Positions 10,309 through 20,489 of a stretch of 64,000 bases of DNA are shown piece after piece. The first letter of the stretch is position 1. Every line of letters begins with the position of its first letter. The stretch comes from Christensenellales bacterium. GTDB taxonomy: Bacteria; Bacillota; Clostridia; Christensenellales; CALWSW01. Location: NCBI GenBank assembly GCA_040768925.1, contig JAXGLZ010000001.1:943677-1007676 (forward strand), given 5' to 3'. The translations under genes were made by a program, and so were the position numbers. The notes below the pieces were generated by a model. That model did no database searches, was not told the origin of the DNA, and worked only from the letters and a program-made list of their open reading frames with translations.

Positions 10309-11466
10309 TTACGCCAATCCCCAAATGGTCAGGCCTGCGGTTTCTTCAATGTCAGGGGCGAAAATAATATCCCCATCGCTGATCAAAATCCAAACCTGAG
10401 TGTTATCCTCATTAATCGATATCGCGTCTATAAAAAGGAGCGGGGTTGGGCTGTTGAGCAAAATCGTATTGGAAACAGCTTTTTTACCATTTACCACAAT
10501 AGAGAGCGTTGCTTTTTTACCATTCACAACATTAGCCGCATATATTTTACAGTTAAAGACGTATTTGCCCGTCCGGGAAAGGGTAAATATCCCATCATTA
10601 TTATAATTTATGAACGCGCTGCTGTTGGAAATTTCCGCATTCAATTTTAGAACTGTACCCGACGCAGCGATACGTTCCGCTTGCTCTGCAGGGTAAACCA
10701 GCGAATATTGCGCGGTTAACAGCGAAGCGGCCGGTCCGGCCGGACCGGCCGGTCCCGGATAACCCCGCTCACCTTGCGGACCCTGCGGCCCTTGGCAGCC
10801 CCTGGCTCCTTGCGGACCTTGCGGGCCCATAACGCCTGCGGGGCCTTGCGGCCCCATCATACCCGGCGGCCCTTCCGGTCCCAGCTCACCTTGCGGACCT
10901 TCCGGACCCGCGGGACCCGGGCATCCCATAGGCCCAACATCGCCTTGCGGACCAAGGGGACCTTGCGGGCCCTGCGGACCGGGCGGGCCGGGATTCCCTT
11001 TGGGTCCGAGCGGCCCTTGGCAGCCTGGATCCCCTTGTGGTCCGGCATCACCGCGGGGGCCTTGATCACCTTTGGGACCAGGTAGCCCTTGCGTCCCCTG
11101 CGGACCGGGCGGGCCGGGATTCCCTTTGGGTCCGAGCGGCCCTTGGCAGCCTGGATCTCCTTGTGGTCCGGCATCACCGCGGGGGCCTTGATCACCTTTG
11201 GGACCAGGTAGCCCTTGCGTCCCCTGCGGTCCTGGCGGACCCTTACATCCCGGAGGACCTGGCGGGCCCTTACATCCCGGGGGACCTGGCGGACCCTTAC
11301 ATCCCGGAGGACCTGGCGGACCGGTTTGTCCTGTACAGCCAGGGGAACAACGGCGATTTGGTCGTATCATCCCACATACGGGACAATTCGGATCGCCGCA
11401 TTTATTCTGTTTTTTTATTTGGTTATTGCCAACATAATGATTCAACCAATTCATCTCCTTTTCCAA
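10309..11466 (-). CDS. collagen triple-helix repeat protein with BclA-like C-terminal (C1q/TNF-like) domain
   Basis: About 230 aa of G-X-Y repeats ([12 protein letters not shown]...) followed by a globular C-terminal domain; TTG start at 11466, alternative ATG at 11454. Confidence 0.85.
   Translation of the reverse strand: MEKEMNWLNHYVGNNQIKKQNKCGDPNCPVCGMIRPNRRCSPGCTGQTGPPGPPGCKGPPGPPGCKGPPGPPGCKGPPGPQGTQGLPGPKGDQGPRGDAGPQGDPGCQGPLGPKGNPGPPGPQGTQGLPGPKGDQGPRGDAGPQGDPGCQGPLGPKGNPGPPGPQGPQGPLGPQGDVGPMGCPGPAGPEGPQGELGPEGPPGMMGPQGPAGVMGPQGPQGARGCQGPQGPQGERGYPGPAGPAGPAASLLTAQYSLVYPAEQAERIAASGTVLKLNAEISNSSAFINYNNDGIFTLSRTGKYVFNCKIYAANVVNGKKATLSIVVNGKKAVSNTILLNSPTPLLFIDAISINEDNTQVWILISDGDIIFAPDIEETAGLTIWGLA
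10978..11229. repeat. perfect-tandem 126-bp direct repeat x2 (one mismatch) inside the collagen gene, encoding a 42-aa G-X-Y block
   Basis: 10978-11103 vs 11104-11229 differ only at c/t 11032/11158. Confidence 0.9.
11231..11311. repeat. 27-bp tandem repeat x3 (GPPGCKGPP units) inside the collagen gene
   Basis: cctggcggacccttacatcccggagga repeated with one variant copy. Confidence 0.85.
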
Positions 11467-12028
11467 GGATTTCTGCGGGAAATCCCAGACCGCTAAGTGT
11501 AAGGGTCAGCGCTCGCTGATCATGAAAAATTCTCCTCGCATCATGATATTTTTGCGTTTTCCGACGAACACACTTTGAAGACCGCAAAGGAGTAACGCAA
11601 CCGCCTAAGCATGAAATTTTAACCCTTTTCCCGCCTAGCGAAAAATTCCCGGTTTTTGCGTACCACCGGGCTATCTGGCTTAAAGACCGCCGCTTGCCGT
11701 GTTCGCCAAAGCTTGCGCTGTATTTCATCGTGACGGTATCAATATCCGGTAACAGGTCCTTTTTGAGTGCCGTCAACTTTTGAAGGTCTTCCGGCAGCCG
11801 TATATCATCGGCGTCCAGCCACATCTGATATTGCATTTGGCCTTTTCATACACGGCGTGTAAACTTCCCAGCGGTTTTCACCGTTTCGCCGGTCGAGCCG
11901 GTGTCCATGATGATGATTTCACCCACTGCTTCTTTCAAGGTATTCAAACAGCGTGGTAAAATCGCCTCCTCATTTTTGATGATCATACATAGGCTGATGG
12001 TTATCAGCAGACCGGTCCTCCCGCTCAT
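11423..12028 (-). pseudogene. family 2 glycosyltransferase (TPR-GT2 / SpsA-like) pseudogene
   Basis: N-terminal LITISLCMIIKNEE...IIIMDTGSTGETV then an in-frame TGA, then QMWLDADD (DxD). The region between GT2 motifs is about 20 aa shorter than expected and the C-terminus goes out of frame. Confidence 0.7.
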
Positions 12029-12271
12029 TTCGTTCTCGGAGGGGCGCTTCTGGCGTTTCTCCCCCAGATAAAGAAAAAGGGGTGGGTGCTTACTACTCAG
12101 CACATGCCTCTTTACTAAAATATGTAAACCATCTTCGTACGGTTCATATTTGCAGGAAACCCAATTTGTTTCTTTTTTTGTGTCTATATATTCTCCTTAA
12201 CATACTATATCAAAGGAGGGCGTTGTCATTTACAGCGAAACCTCCCAATACTTTTGAAAGGACATGTTTAA

Positions 12272-13522
12272 ATGCAGAACAATTACGATAGAGGTTTATC
12301 CGATTTCCAGTATAACCCGAATAACAGTTGTGAGTGTATGCCGTCACAATCCGGATGCAGTGGCCCTTCCGACTCTCAAAGGACGCAAGGACCTCCCGGC
12401 CCGCAGGGGCCAACGGGCCCGAGAGGCCCGAAAGGTGATCCTGGCTGCCCCGGCCCGAAAGGTGACACTGGCTATCCTGGACCACAAGGGCAACAAGGAA
12501 TGATTGGGCCTGAGGGACCGAGGGGTCCTAAAGGCATCCAGGGTGATCAGGGGCCGAAAGGCGACCAGGGCTGCCCCGGCCCGGTAGGCCCGCGCGGACC
12601 ACAGGGGCAAATTGGCCCCCAAGGACCGCAGGGTGTTCGCGGCGATGTCGGCCCCCAGGGCGATCCCGGTTGTCAAGGCGCCATCGGTCCGCGAGGTAAT
12701 CCCGGTCCCGCCGGCCCCCAAGGCATACCAGGTTCCATTGGGCCAAAGGGAGATACAGGCCCCGCCGGCCCTCGGGGAGAAGCCGGCCCCGAAGGACTGC
12801 AAGGACCGCAGGGAACAGTCGGTCCCGCCGGGCCTATAGGGCCGGAAGGTTCAGTCGGTCCCATGGGTCCGCAAGGTCCGCAAGGCGACAGAGGCTGTCA
12901 GGGCCCCGAAGGGCCGCAAGGTATTCAGGGCGATATTGGCCCCGCTGGTCCGCAGGGTGATATTGGCCCCGCTGGTCCGCAGGGTGATATTGGCCCCGCT
13001 GGTCCTGCGGGTAACGGAGCGATTATTCCGTTTGCGTCCGGCACACCTGTTGCTTTAGCCACCGTAATCGGAGGATTGCTTAACACCTCCAGCGCAGTAG
13101 GATTCGGCCTCAACCTTCCCGGCATCTCCGCTGCCAGTGGAACAATCAGTCTGCTGGGACTGACGAACTATGCATTCTCCATGCCCAGGGATGGGATTAT
13201 CACCTCCTTGGCCGGTTATTTGAGCATCACTGCAGGACTCAGCCTAATTGGCTCGACTGTAACGGTAACGGCTCAGTTGTTCCAATCCACTACACCTAAC
13301 AACACCTTCGTTGCGGTGCCGGGTGCAGTGGTCACACTGGCACCTTCCCTAACGGGATTGATTTCTATCGGCGATGTCAGCAGCGGGGTCAACACTGGGC
13401 TGAGCATTCCCGTCACTGCAGGGACCAGGTTGCTTTTGGTATTCTCCGCAGAGGTTACGGGTGGTCTTGATTTGGGAGCCGCCATCGCAGGCTATGCCAG
13501 TGCCGGTCTTGGCATTTCCTAA
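12272..13522 (+). CDS. collagen triple-helix repeat protein with BclA-like C-terminal domain (second copy, divergent from the first)
   Basis: About 215 aa of G-X-Y repeats, then [15 protein letters not shown]... a BclA C-terminal-like beta-rich domain. Confidence 0.85.
   Translation: MQNNYDRGLSDFQYNPNNSCECMPSQSGCSGPSDSQRTQGPPGPQGPTGPRGPKGDPGCPGPKGDTGYPGPQGQQGMIGPEGPRGPKGIQGDQGPKGDQGCPGPVGPRGPQGQIGPQGPQGVRGDVGPQGDPGCQGAIGPRGNPGPAGPQGIPGSIGPKGDTGPAGPRGEAGPEGLQGPQGTVGPAGPIGPEGSVGPMGPQGPQGDRGCQGPEGPQGIQGDIGPAGPQGDIGPAGPQGDIGPAGPAGNGAIIPFASGTPVALATVIGGLLNTSSAVGFGLNLPGISAASGTISLLGLTNYAFSMPRDGIITSLAGYLSITAGLSLIGSTVTVTAQLFQSTTPNNTFVAVPGAVVTLAPSLTGLISIGDVSSGVNTGLSIPVTAGTRLLLVFSAEVTGGLDLGAAIAGYASAGLGIS
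12929..13009. repeat. 27-bp tandem repeat x3 (GDIGPAGPQ units) in the second collagen gene
   Basis: ggtgatattggccccgctggtccgcag x3. Confidence 0.85.
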
Positions 13523-13557
13523 GGAGTTTATAAAGCGACCTTACAACCGTTTCTTTT

Positions 13558-13578
13558 CAAAACAGCAACGCTGTTTTG
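13558..13578 (+). terminator. terminator hairpin after collagen gene 2 (AAACAGC-aac-GCTGTTT + T-run)
   Basis: Read directly. Confidence 0.5.
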
Positions 13579-14025
13579 AATAAATCGCAGCATAGGCGGG
13601 GCGTCTGTTTGCAGACGTCCCGTTTCCCTTATGCTGCCCATCAACAGCTTCCCGGTTTGCTGGACACGTTAAATGGCTGGTACAATAAAACCAGCAGGAG
13701 GCATTCATCATGAAACAATGTGACAAGCGGTTTAAAGAACAAGCCGTCATTGCCGGCGTAGCAGGTCCGGAATTTCTAATAAAGCTATAATGCCAAAAAC
13801 AATAAAATTAGCATACCAGGCCTCCTCCGACGCAATTTACACAGCACCGCCAATAATAACGTAATTAATGGCAGACCTGCTTCAAAGAGAGGGCATGAAC
13901 AGGCCAAGTCTTCCGGATCACTTCGAAATTTTCCGGAACGCTCTGAAAATTAATCAGCGACAGGATAATGACCAACATAAGGCGAATGTATATCGCTTGC
14001 ATCTATTTTGTGCCAATAACACATG

Positions 14026-14054
14026 CAAAAACCCTGTAATCACAACAGGGTTTT
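14026..14054 (-). terminator. bidirectional terminator downstream of trkH (AAACCCTGT-aatcacaa-CAGGGTTTT)
   Basis: Read directly. Confidence 0.5.
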
Positions 14055-14117
14055 ATCTATGCTTGGAACCGGGTTTTTCTCCAATTTTAAAAAAGCATGG
14101 GGGAGGATTAAATGGGT

Positions 14118-15569
14118 TCAGGCGCGTTTGCGCCAGGTAGAGGGCATGAAAAGGACGAGTACGGGATATAATTCCAGCCTTCCGGCAATCATTCCGACCG
14201 AGAGTAAGATCTTGGAAAATGCAGGCAGCCCCGCATAACTGAATGTTGGGCCGACCATCCCCAAGCCGGGGCCAATGTTATTGTAAGTTGCCGCAACCGC
14301 ACTGAAGGCGGTAAGAAAATCCGGAGCGTCCAGACAGAGCAGCAGGACAAGCCCGAAAAAAACGCCAATATAGATGACAAAATATCTGGCGATCGAACTC
14401 AGCGCAGATTTGTCCAGTATATTGCCGTCATATTTGACGCATACAACCTGATTGGGTTCTTTTGATTTGCGGATTTCGGCAAAAGCCGTTTTGATAAGGA
14501 CGCCTACTCTGGAAATTTTCAATCCCCCGGCTGTCGATCCGGCACATGCGCCAAAAAACATCAACAACAAAAGCACGGCATGTGAAAACACAGGCCATGA
14601 GCCAAAATCGACCGTGGAGTAGCCGGTTGTTGTCTGAACGGAGGAGACGGTGAAAAACACATCCCGGATCATGCGCGAAACGGAATCGTATTGCCCGGAA
14701 AGATTGATGCAGATCAAAACCACCGCAATGAGGACAATGGCCAAGTACCAGCGCAGTTCTTCATTTTTCAGAGCCTTTTTGGCCTGGCGGGCAAGGATAA
14801 AGTAATAGAGGTTAAAGTTTACCCCGAACGCAATCATTGCAACGCCAAGAACATAGTCGATGTAGGCGCTGTTGTAAAAGGCCACGCTCGTGCTCTTAAT
14901 GCCAAATCCGCCTGTGCCGGCCGCGCCGAAAGCATGCAGCGAAGCGTCAAACCAATCCATCCCGCCGAACATCAGCAGGATAATGAGCGTTGCTGTCATC
15001 GCTAAATAAATAATGTACAGAATACGGGCGGTATCCCTGAGTTTTGATACCAGCTTACCGAAAACCGGTCCTGGAACCTCCGCTTTCATGATATTGACAG
15101 ATCTTGGATTCGTGTTTGGCAGCAGCGCCAGGGCAAATACCAAAACGCCCATGCCGCCGATTAAATGCGTAAAGCTGCGCCAGAATAGCATGGAATGGCA
15201 CATGGCTTCCACATTGGTCAAAATGGAAGCCCCTGTTGTCGTGAATCCGCTGCTTGTTTCAAAGAAGGCGTCCACAAGCGACGGAATCTCGCCGCTGAAC
15301 ACAAAGGGAAGCCCCCCGAAAAACGACAAAAGAAACCATGACAAAGCCGCAATGACTAAGCCTTCCTTGGTGAACAGCCGCGTATTTTTGGGCTCTTTTA
15401 TCCCGGTTGCCAGCCCTGTTATCATCAATAGGGCAATGACAATGATGAAACTGCCGACGGACTTCAGGCTCTCTTGGTAAAACAAGCCTACGACAAGCGG
15501 AACAGTCATCAGTCCGGCTTCCACAAGCAGCATCCGCCCCAACACATACCTGACGATTCCCTTGTTCAT
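14118..15569 (-). CDS. trkH: TrkH/KtrB family potassium uptake membrane protein
   Basis: 483 aa polytopic protein, TrkH-like GFTTTG selectivity-type motif. Confidence 0.9.
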   Translation of the reverse strand: MNKGIVRYVLGRMLLVEAGLMTVPLVVGLFYQESLKSVGSFIIVIALLMITGLATGIKEPKNTRLFTKEGLVIAALSWFLLSFFGGLPFVFSGEIPSLVDAFFETSSGFTTTGASILTNVEAMCHSMLFWRSFTHLIGGMGVLVFALALLPNTNPRSVNIMKAEVPGPVFGKLVSKLRDTARILYIIYLAMTATLIILLMFGGMDWFDASLHAFGAAGTGGFGIKSTSVAFYNSAYIDYVLGVAMIAFGVNFNLYYFILARQAKKALKNEELRWYLAIVLIAVVLICINLSGQYDSVSRMIRDVFFTVSSVQTTTGYSTVDFGSWPVFSHAVLLLLMFFGACAGSTAGGLKISRVGVLIKTAFAEIRKSKEPNQVVCVKYDGNILDKSALSSIARYFVIYIGVFFGLVLLLCLDAPDFLTAFSAVAATYNNIGPGLGMVGPTFSYAGLPAFSKILLSVGMIAGRLELYPVLVLFMPSTWRKRA

Positions 15570-16951
15570 TTTCTGGCCCCGGCTTCCAATAAGTCGTCGA
15601 TCTCTTCAATATTGTGTTCGGTCGTGACGGCGATCAAATGATCTCCCGGCCGTATCTCGTCATTGCCTGTCGGGAAAATCAACTGGTTTTTGCGCACAAT
15701 ATATGCAATAAGGATGTTTTTCTTCAGTTTCAGGGCGTTGAGCGGGATACCGGTGGCAAAGCTGTTTTTCAGCACTTCAAACTGAAGCGCCTCAACGCGT
15801 CCGTCAATGATGCGGTACATGGCCTCCACTTTTGACTCCAGCGTGTCGTTCAAGGCGCGAACAAAACGGGTGATCATATCAGACACAAGCCTTTTTGGCG
15901 TGACAATCGTCTGCAGCTCGCTATTATCGAAAATGTGGAGCAATTCCGTCCGGTTGACTTTGGTGATAATCTTGGGAACCTGCTGTTTCGCGGCATACAA
16001 AGAAGCGACCAGGTTTTCTTCATCGATTCCTGTCAGCGCGACAAAGCAGTCATAGTCGCTGATGTGCTGTTCCTGGAGAACAGTCGGATCGGTTCCGTCG
16101 CCCGTGATCACTTTTACTTTTGGAAAATCACCGGCCAATGCTTCGGTTATGGAATCGTCGTTTTCGATGACGCAAATATCCATCCCCAGGTGCCCGATGA
16201 TTTTCAACAAATACCTTGCGATCCGGTTGCCGCCGATAATCATCACCGAGCGGATCTTGCGGGTAACGCGGCCGGCTGCTTTGTAAATCGCGGCCAGATC
16301 GTTTATGGATCCGGTCACATGGAGCAAGTCGCCTTCTTGCAGAATAAAGCTTCCTTCCGGAATAAAAACGTCCTCCCCGCGCTGAACAACACAGACCAGA
16401 ACCATGCCGTAAGCCGCGCGGAATTGGTTCAGCTGCATTCCATTCAGCGAACTGCCTTTGGCTACCCGGATTTCGACCATTTGAACGCGGCCGCCTGCAA
16501 ACGTTTCGATACCAAGCGCAGACGGGAAACGAACACTGAGCGCGATGGCCCTTGCCGCCTCAAGTTCGGGATTGATCATCAGTGAAATTCCAAGATTCTC
16601 CCGGACGAATTCAAGATTACTTGCATATTCCGGATTCCGGACGCGGGCCAAAGTTTTCTTCGCGCCCAGCTTGTGGGCAATGATGGCCGCGATTATGTTG
16701 ATTTCATCCGATGCCGTAACGGCAATAAATACGTCGCAGCCGGGGACGCCTGCTTCGCGCTGCAAATTCACATTGGCGCCATTGCCGACCATTCCGGCAA
16801 TATCCGCTGAACCGATCAAATGGTCAACAACCCTTGCATTCTCATCGATAACGGCAACGTCATGTTTTGCGTTGGACAGATCGATGCAAAGCGCCCCTCC
16901 AATTTTTCCTCCGCCAACAATTACAATCTTCAAGGATTCGGCCTCCGGCAA
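15566..16951 (-). CDS. trkA: Trk system potassium uptake protein TrkA (tandem RCK/NAD-binding domains)
   Basis: KIVIVGGGKIGGAL Rossmann motif twice; 4-nt overlap with trkH; possible TTG start at 16933 preceded by GGAGG. Confidence 0.9.
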   Translation of the reverse strand: MPEAESLKIVIVGGGKIGGALCIDLSNAKHDVAVIDENARVVDHLIGSADIAGMVGNGANVNLQREAGVPGCDVFIAVTASDEINIIAAIIAHKLGAKKTLARVRNPEYASNLEFVRENLGISLMINPELEAARAIALSVRFPSALGIETFAGGRVQMVEIRVAKGSSLNGMQLNQFRAAYGMVLVCVVQRGEDVFIPEGSFILQEGDLLHVTGSINDLAAIYKAAGRVTRKIRSVMIIGGNRIARYLLKIIGHLGMDICVIENDDSITEALAGDFPKVKVITGDGTDPTVLQEQHISDYDCFVALTGIDEENLVASLYAAKQQVPKIITKVNRTELLHIFDNSELQTIVTPKRLVSDMITRFVRALNDTLESKVEAMYRIIDGRVEALQFEVLKNSFATGIPLNALKLKKNILIAYIVRKNQLIFPTGNDEIRPGDHLIAVTTEHNIEEIDDLLEAGARK

Positions 16952-17494
16952 TACTTTTTATCTGGGTCCATTTGCAGTGATTTCAGCAAAAGCGGCGGGG
17001 ATATCATGAACGGACCCGGCCAGGTACAACAAATAACCCGTCTAAATCTATAAACGTTCAACGGGTTGCCGATAAGGGATCCTCCGTTGAGGATCATATG
17101 CTCGCTTTATGCCAAAGGGATAGAAAACTTCAGAAATTATGTCTTATTGTAGCATAGAACCGAAGATAGATAAAGTGGGATTGAAGTACTTTTTATGCTT
17201 TCATCTAATAGGGCAAATGAAGCAATGGTGCAAGAGGGATCGCGATCGTTCCAGATGTCCCGAAAGGCTGTGCTTGGGCGCCGCCAAAGATTTTTTATAT
17301 GGCGCAAAGGCATAAGAACACGGAAGTAAGAACAGGCCATTTACCGCGACTATAAATCGGAGCCCGTAGAATATCCGCGATTTATGGCGCGCGGCTGTTT
17401 CTTCCGCAGTCACCGATGATCGCGTGCAGGTGTGAATGCATTTGACAGATCTTTTTACATGACTTAAAGTAATTTGGGAAAGGACGGATAAAAA

Positions 17495-18430
17495 ATGCTG
17501 CAAGGGAAATTCCTTACCAAACAGGGCGAAACCGCTTTGGCGGTCGCCAATTTTTTGATCGGGCTTAAACTGGGCGCACGCCTTCCGAACATCAGCGATC
17601 TTTGCGCAAAGCTGGGCGTCGGTGCGGGCACGGTTCAGGCGGCGCTTAAAATGCTCGAGGATTCCGGGGAGATCACCCTTCAGTCCCGCGGCCATCAGGG
17701 AACGGTCATAACCGGCATAAACAGGGTGGGGCTGTGGAAGCTGACGGAGAACGCATGGATTTCCTGCAGCATGCCGCTGCCCTATACCAGGCGCTTCGAG
17801 GGCCTTGCCACCGCGCTTTACAGGCAGTTTGACCGGGCCGCGATCCCCTTCAACATCTCTTTTGTGCGCGGGGGGCGCGTCAGGATCAAGCGTCTGGTAG
17901 AAGGCCGGGTCAATTTTACGATCTGTTCCAAAATGACTGCGGAACTCGCCAAATTGGAATTTCCGGAGCTCGAGATCCTGTTCGATTTTGGCGCGTATTC
18001 CTATATCGGCAAGAGCGGCCTTGTGTTTTCCGATGAGCGGAATACCCGCATCCGGGATGGAATGAGGATCGCTGTGGACAAATATTCCTACGATCACCAG
18101 CACATCGTCGAGATGATTTGCAGAGAATACGACGTTGAACTGATAGACGTCAAGTATTCCGACATCTTTTCGCGGATGGAAGCCGGCGAGGTGGACGCCA
18201 CCGTCTGGAATTGGGACGAGCTGATCGAAAAATACCACGACCGCAAGGCATACACCGTCGAGCAGACGCCCGAGATGCAGGAATTGATCCGCGATTCCGA
18301 AAACGCCGTGCTGGTGGTGATGGGCAAAAACGCCAGGGATATCATGCTGCTTGGAGATATCATCGACTGCGGAGAGGTAAAGGCCGTCCAGAAAGAAGTG
18401 ATCGACGGCAGGAGAATCCCGTCCTATTGA
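17495..18430 (+). CDS. GntR-like HTH transcriptional regulator with C-terminal substrate-binding-like domain (YhfZ family)
   Basis: N-terminal HTH (ISDLCAKLGVGAGTVQAALKMLEDSGEI); paralogous to the ORF at 39151-40071. Confidence 0.55.
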   Translation: MLQGKFLTKQGETALAVANFLIGLKLGARLPNISDLCAKLGVGAGTVQAALKMLEDSGEITLQSRGHQGTVITGINRVGLWKLTENAWISCSMPLPYTRRFEGLATALYRQFDRAAIPFNISFVRGGRVRIKRLVEGRVNFTICSKMTAELAKLEFPELEILFDFGAYSYIGKSGLVFSDERNTRIRDGMRIAVDKYSYDHQHIVEMICREYDVELIDVKYSDIFSRMEAGEVDATVWNWDELIEKYHDRKAYTVEQTPEMQELIRDSENAVLVVMGKNARDIMLLGDIIDCGEVKAVQKEVIDGRRIPSY

Positions 18431-18958
18431 ACCGCGCCGTTAGAATATGCGCGTAAAGAGAGCCGGCTTTTAGGCAATGGGGCGGCGGTTTGCCCGGCTT
18501 TCGGATTCAGCCGGCGCATACAAGGCCGTTAAGGCCTTTTTTTTGTGGATCAATTCGCGAATTTTATAAAAAACAGGATTGACAATTCGGCAACATCTCC
18601 GTATAGTATAAACATCAATATTCAGTAAACTGGATAATGAACGTATGAAACGCTTCTTTTTCACCACATTGTTCAAAGGCACATCATGAGCAGTTGAGTT
18701 TCATACGACCCGATCAACTTCTGCCGGCGCGACTCCCCCAAAGGTGGATTCCGTTGATGCAATCCGTCCTTTCAGGGAATAACCCACATCGACCCCACGC
18801 AGGATCCGGCGCGCTTGCAATCCCGTCAAATCCATATTGAAGCAGACCGGCCGATCCGGCGCAACCCGTGAGAAAAAAAGCTAGCCGCCCCATCTCCCTC
18901 GCAATCGCCAGCCCTTCAAAGAGGCATACAAAACCCGCTAATGAAATTGGAGGAAAAA

Positions 18959-20488
18959 ATGAATAAGTATTACATCGGGTTCGACTGCGGCACACAAAGC
19001 ACGAAGACGGCAATCTACGATCTCAACATGAACTGCGTGGCAGAGGAACAGATTCCGACCATCATCCAGTATCCTAAATCCGGCTGGGCCGAGATGGACG
19101 CGGATCATTATCTTCAGTCAGTGCGGGACGGCATCAAGGCCTGCGTCAAAAAAAGCGGCATCAATCCTTCCGAAATCCGCGCCATCTGCGGCGACGGAAT
19201 CATCTGCGGCGTTGTCGGCGTCGACGAGGACGGCAAAGCGATCACCCCCTACATCCCCTATCTGGACATCCGGGGAGCGGAAGACGCCCAGTGGATCAAC
19301 GAGAACCTTGAGCCCCTTTGGATTGAGGAGAGCGGAAACTCCACGGTCGATCCCTATATGCCGCCGGTTTACATCCGCTGGCTGCTCAAGAACCACGAGG
19401 AATTCAAAAAGAGGGGCGCGAAGGTCGTCAACAACGGCCCGTATGTGCTCAACCGCCTCTGCGGCCACAAGGCGAAGGATTTCTTCCTGGATTACGCCAC
19501 CCTGTCCGGCTGGCTGGTCGGCTATAAGGCGATCGAGAAGGAATGGTCCAAGGCCCAGATGGACAGCCTGGGAATCCCGATGGAGATCCTGCCGAAGATC
19601 GTCGCGCCGACGGACGTCGTCGGTCATCTGAGCGCGGAAGAGGCCGCCCTCATCGGCATTCCCGCCGGCATTCCCATCGTCGCAGGCGCGGGGGACACCA
19701 TGCAGTCCAACGTCGGCGCAGGCCTGACGGACGTGGGCATGGCGGCGGACGTCGCGGGGACCGCGGCGATGATCACCATCGTGGTGGACGGCATCAACCC
19801 CGAGATCACCAGGAATACCGGCCTTCTGTTCTCTATCGGCACTCTGCCGGACACGTATTTTTACTGGGGCAACGTGCGCGCCGGCGGACTTTCCCTGCGC
19901 TGGTTCAGGGACAACATCTGCGGATGCCCGGACAATAACAGCTATTACGACGCGTTGCAGGAAGCCGCGGAAAAAGTGCCCGCGGGGGCCAACGGCACGC
20001 TGTTCCTGCCATACCTTCAGGGCGGCGTCGGCGCGCTGGAAAACGCCAGCGGATGCTTCCTGAACATGACGATGAACACCAACCAGGCCGAGCAGTGGCG
20101 CGCGATCCTGGAATCCATCGCGTTTGAGTACCTTTCACTGGTGGATGCCCTGCGCAAAAACGGAAACGACATCACCCGGCTGACGGTCACCGAAGGCGGC
20201 AGCAAAAGCAGGCTTTGGAACCAGATCAAGGCGGACTGCCTGGATACCCCCGTCATCACCCTGAAGCAGACTGCGGGCGCGGTGATCTCCAATGCGGCAC
20301 TCGCGGCTTACGGCGTGGGTGACGTTGCCGATGTCCGCGACCTGGTGAGCCAATGGGTAGCCGTGAAGGATACGTATACGCCGGATGCCGAAAGCACCGC
20401 CGCTTACCGCAAGGTATTCACCGTGCAGCAGAAGCTCCTCAAGGAAACGATGCCCGCATCCTTCGCGCTGCTGAAAGAACTGAAGTAA
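18959..20488 (+). CDS. FGGY family carbohydrate kinase (xylulokinase/L-fuculokinase-like)
   Basis: YYIGFDCGTQSTK N-terminal motif; start at the ATG at 18959 with GGAGG 7 nt upstream. Confidence 0.85.
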   Translation: MNKYYIGFDCGTQSTKTAIYDLNMNCVAEEQIPTIIQYPKSGWAEMDADHYLQSVRDGIKACVKKSGINPSEIRAICGDGIICGVVGVDEDGKAITPYIPYLDIRGAEDAQWINENLEPLWIEESGNSTVDPYMPPVYIRWLLKNHEEFKKRGAKVVNNGPYVLNRLCGHKAKDFFLDYATLSGWLVGYKAIEKEWSKAQMDSLGIPMEILPKIVAPTDVVGHLSAEEAALIGIPAGIPIVAGAGDTMQSNVGAGLTDVGMAADVAGTAAMITIVVDGINPEITRNTGLLFSIGTLPDTYFYWGNVRAGGLSLRWFRDNICGCPDNNSYYDALQEAAEKVPAGANGTLFLPYLQGGVGALENASGCFLNMTMNTNQAEQWRAILESIAFEYLSLVDALRKNGNDITRLTVTEGGSKSRLWNQIKADCLDTPVITLKQTAGAVISNAALAAYGVGDVADVRDLVSQWVAVKDTYTPDAESTAAYRKVFTVQQKLLKETMPASFALLKELK

Positions 20489-20489
20489 C

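Noticed and set aside
10000-13600. Possibility that the collagen repeats are a diversity-generating retroelement target or a CRISPR-like array
   Set aside because: No reverse transcriptase, no template/variable repeat pair with A-specific mismatches, and repeats are in-frame coding G-X-Y units without spacers
17201-18238. 345-aa minus-strand ORF
   Set aside because: Antisense to the YhfZ-like regulator; low-complexity translation
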